Assembly (NCBI GenBank): GCA_977017645.1
Contig: OZ360242.1
Coordinates: 46,810,001-46,874,000, forward strand
Length of the DNA: 64,000 nt
Origin: Torpedo marmorata
Taxonomy: Eukaryota
Reading direction: 5' to 3'
The notes below the pieces were generated by a model. That model was not told the DNA's origin, searched no databases, and saw only the letters and a program-made list of their open reading frames with translations. Of the stretch, positions 1-15,000 are shown in pieces. Each line of letters starts with the position of its first letter. Position 1 is the stretch's first letter. The position numbers and the translations under genes are program-made.

Positions 1-3000
1 AACTCCCCCGTCCCCACCTGTAACGGAAGCTCCCCCGTCCCCACCTGTGACACAAGCTCACCCGTCCCCACCTGTGACGGAAGCTCCCCCGTCCCCACCT
101 GTGACACAAGCTCCCCCGTCCCCACCTGTGACAGAAGCTCCCCCGTCCCCACCTGTGACGGAAGCTCCCCCGTCCCCACCTGTGACGGAAGCTCCCCCGT
201 CCCCACCTGTGACACAAGCTCCCCCGTCCCCACCTGTGACACAAGCTCCCCCGCCCCCACCTGTGACAGAAGCTCCCCCGTCCCCACCTGTGACAGAAGC
301 TCCCCCGTCCCCACCTGTGACACAAGCTCCCCCGTCCCCACCTGTGACAGAAGCTCCCCCGTCCCCACCTGTGACGGAAGCTCCCCCGTCCCCACCTGTG
401 ACGGAAGCTCCCCCGTCCCCACCTGTGACGGAAGCTCCCCCGTCCCCACCTGTGACGGAAGCTCCCCCGTCCCCACCTGTGACGGAAGCTCCCCCGTCCC
501 CACCTGTGACCGAAGCTCCCCCGTCCCCACCTGTGACGGAAGCTCCCCCGTCCCCACCTGTGACACAAGCTCCCCCGTCCCCACCTGTGACACAAGCTCC
601 CCCGTCCCCACCTGTGACAGAAGCTCCCCCGTCCCCACCTGTGACAGAAGCTCCCCCGTCCCCACCTGTGGCACAAGCTCCCCCGTCCCCACCTGTAACG
701 AAAGCTCCCCCGTCCCCACCTGTGACAGAAGCTCCCCCGTCCCCACCTGTGACGGAAGCTCCCCCGTCCCCACCTGTGACGGAAGCTCCCCCGTCCCCAC
801 CTGTGACACAAGCTCCCCCGTCCCCACCTGTGACACAAGCTCCCCCGTCCCCACCTGTGACACAAGCTCCCCCGTCCCCACCCGTGACGGAAGCTCCCCC
901 GTCCCCACCTGTGACGGAAGCTCCCCCGTCCCCACCTGTGACGGAAGCTCCCCCGTCCCCACCTGTGACACAAGCTCCCCCGTCCCCACCTGTGACACAA
1001 GCTCCCCCGTCCCCACCTGTGACACAAGCTCCCCCGTCCCCACCTGTGACACAAGCTCCCACGTCCCCACCTGTGACACAAGCTCCCACGTCCCCACCTG
1101 TAACGGAAGCTCCCCCGTCCCCACCTGTGACACAAGCTCCCCCGTCCCCACCTGTGACACAAGCTCCCCCGTCCCCACCTGTGACACAAGCTCCCCCGTC
1201 CCCACCTGTAAAGGAAGCTCCCCCGTCCCCACCTGTGACACAAGCTCCCCCGTCCCCACCTGTGACAGAAGCTCCCCCGTCCCCACCTGTGACAGAAGCT
1301 CCCCCGTCCCCACCTGTGACAGAAGCTCCCCCGTCCCCACCTGTGACAGAAGCTCCCCCGTCCCCACCTGTGACACAAGCTCCCCCGTCCCCACCTGTAA
1401 CGGAAGCTCCCCCGTCCCCACCTGTGACACAAGCTCCCCCGTCCCCACCTGTGACAGAAGCTCCCCCGTCCCCACCTGTGGCAGAAGCTCCCCCGTCCCC
1501 ACCTGTGACACAAACTCCCCCGTCCCCACCTGTGACACAAGCTCCCCCGTCCCCACCTGTGACACAAGCTCCCCCGTCCCCACCTGTGACACAAGCTCCC
1601 CCGTCCCCACCTGTGACACAAGCTCCCCCGTCCCCACCTGTGACACAAACTCCCCCGTCCCCACCTGTGACACAAACTCCCCCGTCCCCACCTGTAACGG
1701 AAGCTCCCCCGTCCCCACCTGTGACGGAAGCTCCCCCGTCCCCACCTGTGACACAAACTCCCCCGTCCCCACCTGTGACGGAAGCTCCCCCGTCCCCACC
1801 TGTGACGGAAGCTCCCCCGTCCCCACCTGTGACACAAACTCCCCCGTCCCCACCTGTGACGGAAGCTCCCCCGTCCCCACCTGTGACGGAAGCTCCCCCG
1901 TCCCCACCTGTGACACAAACTCCCCCGTCCCCACCTGTGACGGAAGCTCCCCCGTCCCCACCTGTGACACAAACTCCCCCGTCCCCACCTGTGACACAAG
2001 CTCCCCCGTCCCCACCTGTGACACAAACTCCCCCGTCCCCACCTGTGACAGAAGCTCCCCCGTCCCCACCTGTGACAGAAGCTCCCCCGTCCCCACCTGT
2101 GACGGAAGCTCCCCCGTCCCCACCTGTGGCACAAGCTCCCCCGTCCCCACCTGTGACACAAACTCCCCCGTCCCCACCTGTGACACAAGCTCCCCCGTCC
2201 CCACCTGTGACAGAAGCTCCCCCGTCCCCACCTGTGACACAAACTCCCCCGTCCCCACCTGTGACACAAGCTCCCCCGTCCCCACCTGTGACACAAGCTC
2301 CCCCGTCCCCACCTGTGGCACAAGCTCCCCCGTCCCCACCTGTGACGGAAGCTCCCCCGTCCCCACCTGTGACACAACCTCCCCCGTCCCCACCTGTGAC
2401 ACAAGCTCCCCCGTCCCCACCTGTGACAGAAGCTCCCCCGTCCCCACCTGTGACACAAGCTCCCCCGTCCCCACCTGTGACAGAAGCTCCCCCGTCCCCA
2501 CCTGTGACACAAGCTCCCCCGTCCCCACCTGTGACACAAGCTCCCCCGTCCCCACCTGTGGCAGAAGCTCCCCCGTCCCCACCTGTGACAGAAGCTCCCC
2601 CGTCCCCACCTGTGACGGAAGCTCCCCCGTCCCCACCTGTGACACAAGCTCCCCCGTCCCCACCTGTGACGGAAGCTCCCCCGTCCCCACCTGTGACGGA
2701 AGCTCCCCCGTCCCCACCTGTGACACAAGCTCCCCCGTCCCCACCTGTGACAGAAGCGCCCCCGTCCCCACCTGTGACGGAAGCTCCCCCGTCCCCACCT
2801 GTGACACAAGCTCCCCCGTCCCCACCTGTGACACAAGCTCCCCCGTCCCCACCTGTGACGGAAGCTCCCCCGTCCCCACCTGTGACACAAGCTCCCCCGT
2901 CCCCACCTGTGACACAAGCTCCCCCTTCCCCACCTGTGACAGAAGCTCCCCCGTCCCCACCTGTGACACAAGCTCCCCCGTCCCCACCTGTGACACAAGC

Positions 3001-6000
3001 TCCCCCGTCCCCACCTGTGACACAAGCTCCCCCGTCCCCACCTGTGACAGAAGCTCCCCCGTCCCCACCTGTGACAGAAGCTCCCCCGTCCCCACCTGTG
3101 ACACAAGCTCCCCCGTCCCCACCTGTGACAGAAGCTCCCCCGTCCCCACCTGTGACACAAGCTCCCCCGTCCCCACCTGTGACACAAGCTCCCCCGTCCC
3201 CACCTGTGACACAAGCTCCCCCGTCCCCACCTGTGACACAAGCTCCCCCGTCCCCACCTGTGACACAAGCTCCCCCGTCCCCACCTGTGACAGAAGCTCC
3301 CCCGTCCCCACCTGTGACACAAGCTCCCCCGTCCCCACCTGTGACAGAAGCTCCCCCGTCCCCACCTGTGGCAGAAGCTCCCCCGTCCCCACCTGTGACA
3401 GAAGCTCCCCCGTCCCCACCTGTGACAGAAGCTCCCCCGTCCCCACCTGTGACACAAACTCCCCCGTCCCCACCTGTGACACAAGCTCCCCCGTCCCCAC
3501 CTGTGACAGAAGCTCCCCCGTCCCCACCTGTGACACAAACTCCCCCGTCCCCACCTGTGACAGAAGCTCCCCCGTCCCCACCTGTGACAGAAGCTCCCCC
3601 GTCCCCACCTGTGACAGAAGCTCCCCCGTCCCCACCTGTGACGGAAGCTCCCCCGTCCCCACCTGTGACACAAACTCCCCCGTCCCCACCTGTGACAGAA
3701 GCTCCCCCGTCCCCACCTGTGACACAAGCTCCCCCGTCCCCACCTGTGACGGAAGCTCCCCCGTCCCCACCTGTGACACAAGCTCCCCCGTCCCCACCTG
3801 TGACACAAGCTCCCCCGTCCCCACCTGTGACAGAAGCTCCCCCGTCCCCACCTGTGACACAAGCTCCCCCGTCCCCACCTGTGACACAAGCTCCCCCGTC
3901 CCCACCTGTGACACAAGCTCCCCCGTCCCCACCTGTGACAGAAGCTCCCCCGTCCCCACCTGTGACAGAAGCTCCCCCGTCCCCACCTGTGACACAAGCT
4001 CCCCCGTCCCCACCTGTGACACAAGCTCCCCCGTCCCCACCTGTGACACAAGCTCCCCCGTCCCCACCTGTGACACAAGCTCCCCCGTCCCCACCTGTGA
4101 CACAAGCTCCCCCGTCCCCAGCTGTGACAGAAGCTCCCCCGTCCCCACCTGTGACACAAGCTCCCCCGTCCCAACCTGTGACACAAGCTCCCCCGTCCCC
4201 ACCTGTGGCAGAAGCTCCCCCGTCCCCACCTGTGACACAAGCTCCCCCGTCCCCACCTGTGACAGAAGCTCCCCCGTCCCCACCTGTGACAGAAGCTCCC
4301 CCGTCCCCACCTGTGACACAAACTCCCCCGTCCCCACCTGTGACACAAGCTCCCCCGTCCCCACCTGTGACAGAAGCTCCCCCGTCCCCACCTGTGACAG
4401 AAGCTCCCACGTCCCCACCTGTGACAGAAGCTCCCCCGTCCCCACCTGTGACAGAAGCTCCCCCGTCCCCACCTGTGACACAAACTCCCCCGTCCCCACC
4501 TGTGACAGAAGCTCCCCCGTCCCCACCTGTGACAGAAGCTCCCCCGTCCCCACCTGTGACAGAAGCTCCCCCGTCCCCACCTGTGACGGAAGCTCCCCCG
4601 TCCCCACCTGTGACACAAACTCCCCCGTCCCCACCTGTGACAGAAGCTCCCCCGTCCCCACCTGTGGCACAAGCTCCCCCGTCCCCACCTGTGACACAAG
4701 CTCCCCCGTCCCCACCTGTGACACAAGCTCCCCCGTCCCCACCTGTGACAGAGCTCCCCCGTCCCCACCTGTGACACAAACTCCCCCGTCCCCACCTGTA
4801 ACGGAAGCTCCCCCGTCCCCACCTGTGACACAAGCTCCCCCGTCCCCACCTGTGGCACAAGCTCCCCCGTCCCCACCTGTGACACAAGCTCCCCCGTCCC
4901 CACCTGTGGCAGAAGCTCCCCCGTCCCCACCTGTGACACAAGCTCCCCCGTCCCCACCTGTGACACAAGCTCCCCCGTCCCCACCTGTGGCAGAAGCTCC
5001 CCCGTCCCCACCTGTGACACAAGCTCCCCCGTCCCCACCTGTGACAGAAGCTCCCCCGTCCCCACCTGTGACGGAAGCTCCCCCGTCCCCACCTGTGACA
5101 GAAGCTCCCCCGTCCCCACCTGTGGCACAAGCTCCCCCGTCCCCACCTGTGACGGAAGCTCCCCCGTCCCCACCTGTGACGGAAGCTCCCCCGTCCCCAC
5201 CTGTGACACAAGCTCCCCCGTCCCCACCTGTGACACAAGCTCCCCCGTCCCCACCTGTGACAGAAGCTCCCCCGTCCCCACCTGTGACGGAAGCTCCCCC
5301 GTCCCCACCTGTGACAGAAGCTCCCCCGTCCCCACCTGTGACGGAAGCTCCCCCGTCCCCACCTGTGACGGAAGCTCCCCCGTCCCCACCTGTGACGGAA
5401 GCTCCCCCGTCCCCACCTGTGACACAAGCTCCCCCGTCCCCACCTGTGACGGAAGCTCCCCCGTCCCCACCTGTGACACAAACTCCCCCGTCCCCACCTG
5501 TGACACAAGCTCCCCCGTCCCCACCTTTGACAGAAGCTCCCCCGTCCCCACCTGTGACAGAAGCTCCCCCGTCCCCACCTGTGACAGAAGCTCCCCCGTC
5601 CCCACCTGTGACGGAAGCTCCCCCGTCCCCACCTGTGACAGAAGCTCCCCCGTCCCCACCTGTGACACAAGCTCCCCCGTCCCCACCTGTGACACAAGCT
5701 CCCCCGTCCCCACCTGTGACAGAAGCTCCCCCGTCCCCACCTGTGACACAAGCTCCCCCGTCCCCACCTGTGACAGAAGCTCCCCCGTCCCCACCTGTGA
5801 CGGAAGCTCCCCCGTCCCCACCTGTGACGGAAGCTCCCCCGTCCCCACCTGTGACAGAAGCTCCCCCGTCCCCACCTGTGACAGAAGCTCCCCCGTCCCC
5901 ACCTGTGACAGAAGCTCCCCCGTCCCCACCTGTGGCACAAGCTCCCCCGTCCCCACCTGTGACACAAGCTCCCCCGTCCCCACCTGTGGCACAAGCTCCC

Positions 6001-9000
6001 CCGTCCCCACCTGTGACGGAAGCTCCCCCGTCCCCACCTGTGACACAAGCTCCCCCGTCCCCACCTGTGACACAAGCTCCCCCGTCCCCACCTGTGACAG
6101 AAGCTCCCCCGTCCCCACCTGTGACACAAGCTCCCCCGTCCCCACCTGTGACAGAAGCTCCCCCGTCCCCACCTGTGACACAAGCTCCCCCGTCCCCACC
6201 TGTGACACAAGCTCTCCCGTCCCCACCTGTGGCAGAAGCTCCCCCGTCCCCACCTGTGACAGAAGCTCCCCCGTCCCCACCTGTGACGGAAGCTCCCCCG
6301 TCCCCACCTGTGACAGAAGCTCCCCCGTCCCCACCTGTGACGGAAGCTCCCCCGTCCCCACCTGTGACACAAGCTCCCCCGTCCCCACCTGTGACGGAAG
6401 CTCCCCCGTCCCCACCTGTGACGGAAGCTCCCCCGTCCCCACCTGTGACACAAGCTCCCCCGTCCCCACCTGTGACAGAAGCGCCCCCGTCCCCACCTGT
6501 GACGGAAGCTCCCCCGTCCCCACCTGTGACACAAGCTCCCCCGTCCCCACCTGTGACACAAGCTCCCCCGTCCCCACCTGTGACGGAAGCTCCCCCGTCC
6601 CCACCTGTGACACAAGCTCCCCCGTCCCCACCTGTGACAGAAGCTCCCCCGTCCCCACCTGTGACACAAGCTCCCCCGTCCCCACCTGTGACACAAGCTC
6701 CCCCGTCCCCACCTGTGACAGAAGCTCCCCCGTCCCCACCTGTGACACAAGCTCCCCCGTCCCCACCTGTGACACAAGCTCCCCCGTCCCCACCTGTGAC
6801 ACAAGCTCCCCCGTCCCCACCTGTGACAGAAGCTCCCCCGTCCCCACCTGTGACAGAAGCTCCCCCGTCCCCACCTGTGACAGAAGCTCCCCCGTCCCCA
6901 CCTGTGACACAAGCTCCCCCGTCCCCACCTGTGACAGAAGCTCCCCCGTCCCCACCTGTGACACAAGCTCCCCCGTCCCCACCTGTGACAGAAGCTCCCC
7001 CGTCCCCACCTGTGGCAGAAGCTCCCCCGTCCCCACCTGTGACAGAAGCTCCCCCGTCCCCACCTGTGACACAAGCTCCCCTGTCCCCACCTGTGACAGA
7101 AGCTCCCCCGTCCCCACCTGTGACACAAGCTCCCCCGTCCCCACCTGTGACACAAGCTCCCCCGTCCCCACCTGTGACAGAAGCTCCCCCGTCCCCACCT
7201 GTGACAGAAGCTCCCCCGTCCCCACCTGTGGCACAAGCTCCCCCGTCCCCACCTGTAACGAAAGCTCCCCCGTCCCCACCTGTGACAGAAGCTCCCCCGT
7301 CCCCACCTGTGACGGAAGCTCCCCCGTCCCCACCTGTGACGGAAGCTCCCCCGTCCCCACCTGTGACACAAGCTCCCCCGTCCCCACCTGTGACACAAGC
7401 TCCCCCGTCCCCACCTGTGACACAAGCTCCCCCGTCCCCACCTGTGACGGAAGCTCCCCCGTCCCCACCTGTGACGGAAGCTCCCCCGTCCCCACCTGTG
7501 ACGGAAGCTCCCCCGTCCCCACCTGTGACACAAGCTCCCCCGTCCCCACCTGTGACACAAGCTCCCCCGTCCCCACCTGTGACACAAGCTCCCCCGTCCC
7601 CACCTGTGACACAAGCTCCCACGTCCCCACCTGTGACACAAGCTCCCACGTCCCCACCTGTAACGGAAGCTCCCCCGTCCCCACCTGTGACACAAGCTCC
7701 CCCGTCCCCACCTGTGACACAAGCTCCCCCGTCCCCACCTGTGACACAAGCTCCCCCGTCCCCACCTGTAACGGAAGCTCCCCCGTCCCCACCTGTGACA
7801 CAAGCTCCCCCGTCCCCACCTGTGACAGAAGCTCCCCCGTCCCCACCTGTGACAGAAGCTCCCCCGTCCCCACCTGTGACAGAAGCTCCCCCGTCCCCAC
7901 CTGTGACAGAAGCTCCCCCGTCCCCACCTGTGACACAAGCTCCCCCGTCCCCACCTGTAACGGAAGCTCCCCCGTCCCCACCTGTGACACAAGCTCCCCC
8001 GTCCCCACCTGTGACAGAAGCTCCCCCGTCCCCACCTGTGGCAGAAGCTCCCCCGTCCCCACCTGTGACACAAACTCCCCCGTCCCCACCTGTGACACAA
8101 GCTCCCCCGTCCCCACCTGTGACACAAGCTCCCCCGTCCCCACCTGTGACACAAGCTCCCCCGTCCCCACCTGTGACACAAGCTCCCCCGTCCCCACCTG
8201 TGACACAAACTCCCCCGTCCCCACCTGTGACACAAACTCCCCCGTCCCCACCTGTAACGGAAGCTCCCCCGTCCCCACCTGTGACGGAAGCTCCCCCGTC
8301 CCCACCTGTGACACAAACTCCCCCGTCCCCACCTGTGACGGAAGCTCCCCCGTCCCCACCTGTGACGGAAGCTCCCCCGTCCCCACCTGTGACACAAACT
8401 CCCCCGTCCCCACCTGTGACGGAAGCTCCCCCGTCCCCACCTGTGACGGAAGCTCCCCCGTCCCCACCTGTGACACAAACTCCCCCGTCCCCACCTGTGA
8501 CGGAAGCTCCCCCGTCCCCACCTGTGACACAAACTCCCCCGTCCCCACCTGTGACACAAGCTCCCCCGTCCCCACCTGTGACACAAACTCCCCCGTCCCC
8601 ACCTGTGACAGAAGCTCCCCCGTCCCCACCTGTGACAGAAGCTCCCCCGTCCCCACCTGTGACGGAAGCTCCCCCGTCCCCACCTGTGGCACAAGCTCCC
8701 CCGTCCCCACCTGTGACACAAACTCCCCCGTCCCCACCTGTGACACAAGCTCCCCCGTCCCCACCTGTGACAGAAGCTCCCCCGTCCCCACCTGTGACAC
8801 AAACTCCCCCGTCCCCACCTGTGACACAAGCTCCCTCGTCCCCACCTGTGACACAAGCTCCCCCGTCCCCACCTGTGGCACAAGCTCCCCCGTCCCCACC
8901 TGTGACGGAAGCTCCCCCGTCCCCACCTGTGACACAACCTCCCCCGTCCCCACCTGTGACACAAGCTCCCCCGTCCCCACCTGTGACAGAAGCTCCCCCG

Positions 9001-12000
9001 TCCCCACCTGTGACACAAGCTCCCCCGTCCCCACCTGTGACAGAAGCTCCCCCGTCCCCACCTGTGACACAAGCTCCCCCGTCCCCACCTGTGACACAAG
9101 CTCCCCCGTCCCCACCTGTGGCAGAAGCTCCCCCGTCCCCACCTGTGACAGAAGCTCCCCCGTCCCCACCTGTGACGGAAGCTCCCCCGTCCCCACCTGT
9201 GACACAAGCTCCCCCGTCCCCACCTGTGACGGAAGCTCCCCCGTCCCCACCTGTGACGGAAGCTCCCCCGTCCCCACCTGTGACACAAGCTCCCCCGTCC
9301 CCACCTGTGACAGAAGCGCCCCCGTCCCCACCTGTGACGGAAGCTCCCCCGTCCCCACCTGTGACACAAGCTCCCCCGTCCCCACCTGTGACACAAGCTC
9401 CCCCGTCCCCACCTGTGACGGAAGCTCCCCCGTCCCCACCTGTGACACAAGCTCCCCCGTCCCCACCTGTGACACAAGCTCCCCCGTCCCCACCTGTGAC
9501 AGAAGCTCCCCCGTCCCCACCTGTGACACAAGCTCCCCCGTCCCCACCTGTGACACAAGCTCCCCCGTCCCCACCTGTGACACAAGCTCCCCCGTCCCCA
9601 CCTGTGACAGAAGCTCCCCCGTCCCCACCTGTGACAGAAGCTCCCCCGTCCCCACCTGTGACAGAAGCTCCCCCGTCCCCACCTGTGACACAAGCTCCCC
9701 CGTCCCCACCTGTGACAGAAGCTCCCCCGTCCCCACCTGTGACACAAGCTCCCCTGTCCCCACCTGTGACACAAGCTCCCCCGTCCCCACCTGTGACACA
9801 AGCTCCCCCGTCCCCACCTGTGACACAAGCTCCCCCGTCCCCACCTGTGACAGAAGCTCCCCCGTCCCCACCTGTGACACAAGCTCCCCCGTCCCCACCT
9901 GTGACACAAGCTCCCCCGTCCCCACCTGTGACAGAAGCTCCCCCGTCCCCACCTGTGGCAGAAGCTCCCCCGTCCCCACCTGTGACAGAAGCTCCCCCGT
10001 CCCCACCTGTGACAGAAGCTCCCCCGTCCCCACCTGTGACACAAACTCCCCCGTCCCCACCTGTGACACAAGCTCCCCCGTCCCCACCTGTGACAGAAGC
10101 TCCCCCGTCCCCACCTGTGACACAAACTCCCCCGTCCCCACCTGTGACAGAAGCTCCCCCGTCCCCACCTGTGACAGAAGCTCCCCCGTCCCCACCTGTG
10201 ACAGAAGCTCCCCCGTCCCCACCTGTGACGGAAGCTCCCCCGTCCCCACCTGTGACACAAACTCCCCCGTCCCCACCTGTGACAGAAGCTCCCCCGTCCC
10301 CACCTGTGACACAAGCTCCCCCGTCCCCACCTGTGACGGAAGCTCCCCCGTCCCCACCTGTGACACAAGCTCCCCCGTCCCCACCTGTGACACAAGCTCC
10401 CCCGTCCCCACCTGTGACAGAAGCTCCCCCGTCCCCACCTGTGACACAAGCTCCCCCGTCCCCACCTGTGACACAAGCTCCCCCGTCCCCACCTGTGACA
10501 CAAGCTCCCCCGTCCCCACCTGTGACAGAAGCTCCCCCGTCCCCACCTGTGACAGAAGCTCCCCCGTCCCCACCTGTGACACAAGCTCCCCCGTCCCCAC
10601 CTGTGACACAAGCTCCCCCGTCCCCACCTGTGACACAAGCTCCCCCGTCCCCACCTGTGACACAAGCTCCCCCGTCCCCACCTGTGACACAAGCTCCCCC
10701 GTCCCCACCTGTGACAGAAGCTCCCCCGTCCCCACCTGTGACACAAGCTCCCCCGTCCCAACCTGTGACACAAGCTCCCCCGTCCCCACCTGTGGCAGAA
10801 GCTCCCCCGTCCCCACCTGTGACACAAGCTCCCCCGTCCCCACCTGTGACAGAAGCTCCCCCGTCCCCACCTGTGACAGAAGCTCCCCCGTCCCCACCTG
10901 TGACACAAACTCCCCCGTCCCCACCTGTGACACAAGCTCCCCCGTCCCCACCTGTGACAGAAGCTCCCCCGTCCCCACCTGTGACAGAAGCTCCCACGTC
11001 CCCACCTGTGACAGAAGCTCCCCCGTCCCCACCTGTGACAGAAGCTCCCCCGTCCCCACCTGTGACACAAACTCCCCCGTCCCCACCTGTGACAGAAGCT
11101 CCCCCGTCCCCACCTGTGACAGAAGCTCCCCCGTCCCCACCTGTGACAGAAGCTCCCCCGTCCCCACCTGTGACGGAAGCTCCCCCGTCCCCACCTGTGA
11201 CACAAACTCCCCCGTCCCCACCTGTGACAGAAGCTCCCCCGTCCCCACCTGTGGCACAAGCTCCCCCGTCCCCACCTGTGACACAAGCTCCCCCGTCCCC
11301 ACCTGTGACACAAGCTCCCCCGTCCCCACCTGTGACAGAGCTCCCCCGTCCCCACCTGTGACACAAACTCCCCCGTCCCCACCTGTAACGGAAGCTCCCC
11401 CGTCCCCACCTGTGACACAAGCTCCCCCGTCCCCACCTGTGGCACAAGCTCCCCCGTCCCCACCTGTGACACAAGCTCCCCCGTCCCCACCTGTGGCAGA
11501 AGCTCCCCCGTCCCCACCTGTGACACAAGCTCCCCCGTCCCCACCTGTGACACAAGCTCCCCCGTCCCCACCTGTGGCAGAAGCTCCCACGTCCCCACCT
11601 GTGACACAAGCTCCCCCGTCCCCACCTGTGACAGAAGCTCCCCCGTCCCCACCTGTGACGGAAGCTCCCCCGTCCCCACCTGTGACAGAAGCTCCCCCGT
11701 CCCCACCTGTGGCACAAGCTCCCCCGTCCCCACCTGTGACGGAAGCTCCCCCGTCCCCACCTGTGACGGAAGCTCCCCCGTCCCCACCTGTGACACAAGC
11801 TCCCCCGTCCCCACCTGTGACACAAGCTCCCCCGTCCCCACCTGTGACAGAAGCTCCCCCGTCCCCACCTGTGACGGAAGCTCCCCCGTCCCCACCTGTG
11901 ACAGAAGCTCCCCCGTCCCCACCTGTGACGGAAGCTCCCCCGTCCCCACCTGTGACGGAAGCTCCCCCGTCCCCACCTGTGACGGAAGCTCCCCCGTCCC

Positions 12001-15000
12001 CACCTGTGACACAAGCTCCCCCGTCCCCACCTGTGACGGAAGCTCCCCCGTCCCCACCTGTGACACAAACTCCCCCGTCCCCACCTGTGACACAAGCTCC
12101 CCCGTCCCCACCTGTGACAGAAGCTCCCCCGTCCCCACCTGTGACGGAAGCTCCCCCGTCCCCACCTGTGACAGAAGCTCCCCCGTCCCCACCTGTGACA
12201 CAAGCTCCCCCGTCCCCACCTGTGACACAAGCTCCCCCGTCCCCACCTGTGACAGAAGCTCCCCCGTCCCCACCTGTGACACAAGCTCCCCCGTCCCCAC
12301 CTGTGACAGAAGCTCCCCCGTCCCCACCTGTGACGGAAGCTCCCCCGTCCCCACCTGTGACGGAAGCTCCCCCGTCCCCACCTGTGACAGAAGCTCCCCC
12401 GTCCCCACCTGTGACAGAAGCTCCCCCGTCCCCACCTGTGACAGAAGCTCCCCCGTCCCCACCTGTGGCACAAGCTCCCCCGTCCCCACCTGTGACACAA
12501 GCTCCCCCGTCCCCACCTGTGGCACAAGCTCCCCCGTCCCCACCTGTGACGGAAGCTCCCCCGTCCCCACCTGTGACACAAGCTCCCCCGTCCCCACCTG
12601 TGACACAAGCTCCCCCGTCCCCACCTGTGACAGAAGCTCCCCCGTCCCCACCTGTGACACAAGCTCCCCCGTCCCCACCTGTGACAGAAGCTCCCCCGTC
12701 CCCACCTGTGACACAAGCTCCCCCGTCCCCACCTGTGACACAAGCTCCCCCGTCCCCACCTGTGGCAGAAGCTCCCCCGTCCCCACCTGTGACAGAAGCT
12801 CCCCCGTCCCCACCTGTGACGGAAGCTCCCCCGTCCCCACCTGTGACACAAGCTCCCCCGTCCCCACCTGTGACGGAAGCTCCCCCGTCCCCACCTGTGA
12901 CGGAAGCTCCCCCGTCCCCACCTGTGACACAAGCTCCCCCGTCCCCACCTGTGACAGAAGCGCCCCCGTCCCCACCTGTGACGGAAGCTCCCCCGTCCCC
13001 ACCTGTGACACAAGCTCCCCCGTCCCCACCTGTGACACAAGCTCCCCCGTCCCCACCTGTGACGGAAGCTCCCCCGTCCCCACCTGTGACACAAGCTCCC
13101 CCGTCCCCACCTGTGACAGAAGCTCCCCCGTCCCCACCTGTGACACAAGCTCCCCCGTCCCCACCTGTGACACAAGCTCCCCCGTCCCCACCTGTGACAG
13201 AAGCTCCCCCGTCCCCACCTGTGACACAAGCTCCCCCGTCCCCACCTGTGACACAAGCTCCCCCGTCCCCACCTGTGACACAAGCTCCCCCGTCCCCACC
13301 TGTGACAGAAGCTCCCCCGTCCCCACCTGTGACAGAAGCTCCCCCGTCCCCACCTGTGACAGAAGCTCCCCCGTCCCCACCTGTGACACAAGCTCCCCCG
13401 TCCCCACCTGTGACAGAAGCTCCCCCGTCCCCACCTGTGACACAAGCTCCCCCGTCCCCACCTGTGACAGAAGCTCCCCCGTCCCCACCTGTGGCAGAAG
13501 CTCCCCCGTCCCCACCTGTGACAGAAGCTCCCCCGTCCCCACCTGTGACACAAGCTCCCCCGTCCCCACCTGTGACAGAAGCTCCCCCGTCCCCACCTGT
13601 GACAGAAGCTCCCCCGTCCCCACCTGTGACACAAACTCCCCCGTCCCCACCTGTGACACAAGCTCCCCCGTCCCCACCTGTGACAGAAGCTCCCCCGTCC
13701 CCACCTGTGACACAAACTCCCCCGTCCCCACCTGTGACAGAAGCTCCCCCGTCCCCACCTGTGACAGAAGCTCCCCCGTCCCCACCTGTGACAGAAGCTC
13801 CCCCGTCCCCACCTGTGACGGAAGCTCCCCCGTCCCCACCTGTGACACAAACTCCCCCGTCCCCACCTGTGACAGAAGCTCCCCCGTCCCCACCTGTGAC
13901 ACAAGCTCCCCCGTCCCCACCTGTGACAGAAGCTCCCCCGTCCCCACCTGTGACAGAAGCTCCCCCGTCCCCACCTGTGACACAAGCTCCCCCGTCCCCA
14001 CCTGTGACACAAGCTCCCCCGTCCCCACCTGTGACAGAGCTCCCCCGTCCCCACCTGTGACACAAACTCCCCCGTCCCCACCTGTAACGGAAGCTCCCCC
14101 GTCCCCACCTGTGACACAAGCTCCCCCGTCCCCACCTGTGACAGAAGCTCCCCCGTCCCCACCTGTGGCACAAGCTCCCCCGTCCCCACCTGTGACACAA
14201 GCTCCCCCGTCCCCACCTGTAACGGAAGCTCCCCCGTCCCCACCTGTGACACAAGCTCCCCCGTCCCCACCTGTGACACAAGCTCCCCCGTCCCCACCTG
14301 TGACACAAGCTCCCCCGTCCCCACCTGTGACGGAAGCTCCCCCGTCCCCACCTGTGACACAAACTCCCCCGTCCCCACCTGTAACGGAAGCTCCCCCGTC
14401 CCCACCTGTGACACAAGCTCACCCGTCCCCACCTGTGACGGAAGCTCCCCCGTCCCCACCTGTGACACAAGCTCCCCCGTCCCCACCTGTGACAGAAGCT
14501 CCCCCGTCCCCACCTGTGACGGAAGCTCCCCCGTCCCCACCTGTGACGGAAGCTCCCCCGTCCCCACCTGTGACACAAGCTCCCCCGTCCCCACCTGTGA
14601 CACAAGCTCCCCCGCCCCCACCTGTGACAGAAGCTCCCCCGTCCCCACCTGTGACAGAAGCTCCCCCGTCCCCACCTGTGACACAAGCTCCCCCGTCCCC
14701 ACCTGTGACAGAAGCTCCCCCGTCCCCACCTGTGACGGAAGCTCCCCCGTCCCCACCTGTGACGGAAGCTCCCCCGTCCCCACCTGTGACGGAAGCTCCC
14801 CCGTCCCCACCTGTGACGGAAGCTCCCCCGTCCCCACCTGTGACGGAAGCTCCCCCGTCCCCACCTGTGACAGAAGCTCCCCCGTCCCCACCTGTGACGG
14901 AAGCTCCCCCGTCCCCACCTGTGACACAAGCTCCCCCGTCCCCACCTGTGACACAAGCTCCCCCGTCCCCACCTGTGACAGAAGCTCCCCCGTCCCCACC